Assembly (NCBI GenBank): GCA_964035545.1 | Contig: OZ037771.1 | Coordinates: forward strand, 5,427,190 to 5,491,189 | Length of the DNA: 64,000 bases | Direction of reading: 5' to 3' | Source of the DNA: Bugula neritina | Lineage: Eukaryota; Animalia; Bryozoa | Part shown: piece by piece, positions 59,101 to 64,000 of the stretch | Layout of the letters: each line of letters begins with the position of its first letter | How positions within the stretch are numbered: the first letter of the stretch is position 1 | Made by a program: the position numbers and the translations under genes | Notes under the pieces: model-generated | Seen by the model: only the letters and a program-made list of their open reading frames with translations | Databases searched by the model: none | What the model was told of the DNA's origin: nothing

Positions 59101-60321
59101 CACATTTATAAATGAAGTGCAACTTTTTATTTTACCTTTAGCCTCTACTTTCAGATGAAATGTAGATTGAGTTTCATAATCAAGGGCAGCATCAGTGCTC
59201 AGTTCACCAGTGGCAGCATTAATATGGAATGGCACAGCTTTGTCCACCAGAGAGTACTGCAAGTTCACATCATATTATATCATATATTATGGTAGAGACA
59301 AAGTTACCTACTTTGAATTTAAACATTCTTGATATTAAATTGAATTTAGTTGAATGATGAAAGATTTTTTCTGAAATTCATTAAACATAGCATTTTCATA
59401 ATCTTTCAAGGATGAAGCAATGCTTATTGCAAAAAGTAGACAGCTCTTGTTAAATGACAAAAATTAGGATGGATCTTTTTTTCTAAATATTGTACGACAT
59501 GCTATCCAAACATGCCAAGTACCTCGATTTTGGAGTTGTTTCTAATGTCAGAGTCTATTGCTGTCACATGCAGTACGCTGGTGCCAACTGGTGATGTCTC
59601 TGAAATATTGTACACATTATAGTCTGGTTGGCTAAATTGTGGGCGGTTGTCATTAATATCCTGAATATCCACCTGCAAACATGTATGTACAAACATAGAT
59701 TGATATCAAGCCTCCCTTTCATTATAATGCGACGTACAAAGACTACCACGATTTGACTTACAGCAAGCTAGAAGAGATCAAAGGAATGCTAATTAATTAA
59801 TGATTATCTTACGGATTGTTAAGTATGAATATTTAAGTTAAATTTGCTAAAAATTGTAACTTTTGGTTCAGATTTTCAATATTAAAAATATTTATATAGC
59901 TTATCAAAAAAGCCGCTACCTAACACTTGTCCTATCAATGTATTACTTGAATACACAGCATAGCATATTTTTAAAGCATTAGTTATTATTATGTTAATTT
60001 AGAAAAATGAAAACACCCTATGTAACAGATGCTAAAAAATAAATATGGAAGATAAATAATGTTACGTACAGAAATAATTTTCTGGGAAGACAAGGATGGT
60101 TCACCCATATCATGGCATCTAACAATGATTGTAGTCTGAGAAACTAATTCCCTATCAATATCTGTTGCTGTCCTGAGTATGAACTCATTTTCCAGGTAGG
60201 GTACAAGCTCGAACAGATCTGAGTCTATGCTACAGTCAATGTCGTGGTTCGGGGATGAGCAGTCTGCATCGTGTGTACTAATCAAAGCAACAAACGTTTT
60301 GGCTGCTGAGTGCTCCGGCAC
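56166..60321 (-). CDS. Protocadherin-like cadherin, 3' part (last ~4 EC repeats, TM, cytoplasmic tail); 5' exons outside window
   Basis: Exons 60070-60321, 59523-59672, 59136-59256, 58215-58507, 57535-57769 (GC donor), 57111-57373, 56631-56795, 56166-56447. Cadherin motifs IDRE, D.GEPSLSS, DINDNRPQF, LDYE, VNDHVPIF, LDRE, DINDNYPFF; TM LLLIVLPLSLFLIFC; ends HHQV*. Confidence 0.88.
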
Positions 60322-60452
60322 CTGAAGAGAATACAACTCTATACTATGCATCGTTGTTTTTCCTTCTCTATACGTATTTCAGAAATGGCTAATTTTTTCA
60401 AAGAAAATTGCTATTCTATTTATTGTACTTTCCTATTTATGACATAGAAAGG

Positions 60453-60456
<4 letters not shown>

Positions 60457-60490
<34 letters not shown>
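60457..60490. repeat. (TA)n microsatellite
   Basis: Directly visible at the left edge of the satellite-bearing element. Confidence 0.9.
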
Positions 60491-60492
<2 letters not shown>

Positions 60493-60777
60493 TTCATATT
60501 TGGGTTCATAGGTGGTCAATTTGGTATGTAAAACATCCATAGGGGGCTCTATGCCCATAGGGGGCTGCTCATAGGGGGCACCATGTTTGAGTGTTTTAAA
60601 TTACTCAGAACAGTCTGTTATGGTATATAGACACTATTTTAAAAATAGGCTCACAGAAGGACAATTTGATATTTTCCAATACCAGAGGGGGCTCTGTATA
60701 TATATACAAAAAGCCCCCTATGGTATTATAAAATATCAAATTAGGGAGTTGTCTTCCCAAAAACTAATGTAACGTTT

Positions 60778-63700
60778 TTCACTGTTGGAAACACTTAATT
60801 ACATTGATAATAATATCATTTCAGTTGCTATAATTGTGCCAGGGCTTAAGGTAGAACTTGTATAGAAATCTGGCCTGCATCTCCGTTAAAAAAATTATAT
60901 TTGAGTTGTTGTGAGCTTATATATATTATATCTGCCCCCTATGAGCCTATATATTCTATATCTGCCCCCTATGAGCCTATATATTCTATATCTGCCCCCT
61001 ATGAACTTATATATATTATATCTGTCCCGTATGAGCTTATAGTCTATATCTGCCCCCTATGAGCTTATATATTCTATATCTGCCCTCTATGAGCTTATAT
61101 ATTCTATATCTGCCCCCTATGAGCCTATATACTCTATATCTGCCCGTATGAGCTTATATATTCTATATCTGCCCCCTATGAACTTATATATTCTATATCT
61201 GCCCCCTATGAGCCTATATATTTATTATCTGCCCCCTATGAGCCTATATATATTATATCTGCCCCCTATGAGCCTATATATTCTATATCTGCCCCCTATG
61301 AACTTATATATATTATATCTGCCCCCTATGAACTTATATATATTTTATGTGCCCCCTATGAACCTATATATTCTATATCTGCCCCCTATCAACTTATATA
61401 TTATATCTGCCCCCTGTGAACTTATATATATTTTATGTGCCCCCTATGAACCTATATATTCTATATCTGCCCCCTATCAACTTATATATTATATCTGCCC
61501 CCTATGAACTTATATATATTATATCTGCCCCCTATGAGCCTATATATTCTATATCTGCCCCCTATGAACCTATATATATATTATATCTGCCCCCTATGAA
61601 CTTATATATATATATTATATCTGCCCCCTATGAACTTATATATATATTATATCTGCCCCCTATGAACTTATATATATATATTATATCTGCCCCCTATGGG
61701 CCTATATATTCTATATCTGCCCCCTATGAACCTATATATATTATATCTGCCCCCTATGAACTTGAATATATATATATATTATATCTGCCCCTATGAGCCT
61801 ATATACTCCATATCTGCCCGCTATGAACCTAGATATGTGCCCTCTTTCACTGTTGGAAACACTTATTTACAGTGATGATAATATCATTTCAGTTGCTATA
61901 ACTGTGCCAGGGCTTGAGGTAGAACTTGTATAGAAATCTGGCCTGCATCTCCGTTAAAAAATTATATTTGAGTTGTTGTGAGCTTATATATTATATCTGC
62001 CCTCTATGAGCCTATATATTCTATATCTGCCCCCTATGAACTTATATATATTATATCTGCCCCCTGTGAACTTATATATATTTTATGTGCCCCCTATGAG
62101 CCTATATATTCCATATCTGCCCCCTATGAGCTTATATATTCTATATCTGCCCCCTATAAGCCTATATATTCTACATCTGCCCCCTATGAGCTTATATATT
62201 CTATATCTGCCCCCTATGAGCCTATATATTCTACATCTGCCCCCTTTGAGCCTATATATTCTATATCTGCCCCCTATGAGCTTATATATTCTATATCTGC
62301 CCCCTATGAACTTATATATTCTATATCTGCCCCCTATGAGCCTATATATTTATTATCTGCCCCCCTATGAGCCTATATATATTATATCTGCCCCCTATGA
62401 GCCTATATATTCTATATCTGCCCCCTATGAACTTATATATATTATATCTGCCCCCTATGAACTTATATATATTTTATGTGCCCCCTATGAACCTATATAT
62501 TCTATATCTGCCCCCTATCAACTTATATATTATATCTGCCCCCTGTGAACTTATATATATTTTATGTGCCCCCTATGAACCTATATATTCTATATCTGCC
62601 CCCTATCAACTTATATATTATATCTGCCCCCTATGAACTTATATATATTATATCTGCCCCCTATGAGCCTATATATTCTATATCTGCCCCCTATGAACCT
62701 ATATATATATTATATCTGCCCCCTATGAACTTATATATATATATATATTATATCTGCCCCCTATGAACTTATATATATATTATATCTGCCCCCTATGAAC
62801 TTATATATATATATTATATCTGCCCCCTATGGGCCTATATATTCTATATCTGCCCCCTATGAACCTATATATATATTATATCTGCCCCCTATGAACTTGA
62901 ATATATATATATATATATTATATCTGCCCCTATGAGCCTATATACTCCATATCTGCCCGCTATGAACCTAGATACGTGCCCTCTTTCACTGTTGGAAACA
63001 CTTATTTACAGTGATGATAATATCATTTCAGTTGCTATAACTGTGCCAGGGCTTGAGGTAGAACTTGTATAGAAATCTGGCCTGCATCTCCATTAAAAAA
63101 TTATATTTGAGTTGTTGTGAGCTTATATATTATATCTGCCCCCTATGAGCCTATATATTCTATATCTGCCCCCTATGAACTTATATATATTATATCTGCC
63201 CCCTGTGAACTTATATATATTTTATGTGCCCCCTATGAACCTATATATTCTATATCTGCCCCCTATGAACTTATATATTATATCTGCCCCTATGAACTTA
63301 TATATATTATATCTGCCCCCTATGAGCCTATATATTCTATATCTGCCCCCTATGAACCTATATATATATTATATCTGCCCCCTATGAACTTATATATATG
63401 TATTATATCTGCCCCCTATGAGCTTATATATATATTATATCTGCCCCTATGAGCCTATATACTCCATATCTGCCCGCTATGAACCTAGATATGTGCCCTC
63501 TTTCACTGTTGGAAACACTTATTTACAGTGATGATAATATCATTTCAGTTGCTATAACTGTGCCAGGGCTTGAGGTAGAACTTGTATAGAAATCTGGCCT
63601 GCATCTCCATTAAAAAATTATATTTGAGTTGTTGTGAGCTTATATATTATATCTGCCCCCTATGAGCCTATATATTCTATATCTGCCCCCTATGAACTTA

Positions 63701-64000
63701 TATATATTATATCTGCCCCCTGTGAACTTATATATATTTTATGTGCCCCCTATGAACCTATATATTCTATATCTGCCCCCTATGAACTTATATATTATAT
63801 CTGCCCCTATGAACTTATATATATTATATCTGCCCCCTATGAGCTTATATATTCTATATCTGCCCCCTATGAACCTATATATATATTATATCTGCCCCTA
63901 TGAACTTATATATATGTATTATATCTGCCCCCTATGAGCTTATATAATATATTATATCTGCCCCCTATGAGCCTATATATTCTATATCTGCCCCCTATAA
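60778..64000. repeat. Higher-order satellite: ~30-bp monomers (TATATCTGCCCCCTATGARCYTATATATT) interrupted by a conserved ~135-bp spacer
   Basis: The spacer TTCACTGTTGGAAACAC...GAGTTGTTGTG starts at 60778, 61846, 62985 and 63502. The array runs off the window end and lies in a protocadherin intron. Confidence 0.95.

Noticed and set aside
60778-64000. CRISPR-like array of ~30-bp repeats, and the Pro/Tyr-rich ORFs over it
   Set aside because: Monomers are head-to-tail with no unique spacers, there are no cas genes and the context is eukaryotic. The ORFs are just translations of the satellite.

Overview
AT-rich, intron-containing animal (invertebrate, plausibly lophotrochozoan; this is inference) genomic DNA, not prokaryotic. 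Hand-splicing gives the following on the minus strand: a partial pentraxin-domain exon, a complete nucleoside diphosphate kinase (NME) gene, MITD1, a 20-exon IGHMBP2 helicase gene, two tandem ~90%-identical RDH12/WWOX-type short-chain dehydrogenase genes, and the 3' half of an intron-rich protocadherin. The plus strand carries a 6-exon uncharacterised four-transmembrane protein. Mobile DNA includes a young full-length Ty1/copia element (297-bp LTRs, 5-bp TSD, half-tRNA PBS) in an SDR intron and a 2.1-kb foldback element nested in an older TIR element. There is also a 1.76-kb non-autonomous hAT, a decayed RTE LINE with a (GA)n tail at the duplication junction, several tRNA-derived SINEs and a higher-order 30-bp satellite. 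The most unusual pattern is that several intronic minisatellites are built from the host gene's own exon-intron junction, creating ladders of decoy or in-frame splice sites. All exon coordinates were derived by eye from GT/GC-AG signals and reading-frame continuity; no database search was run.
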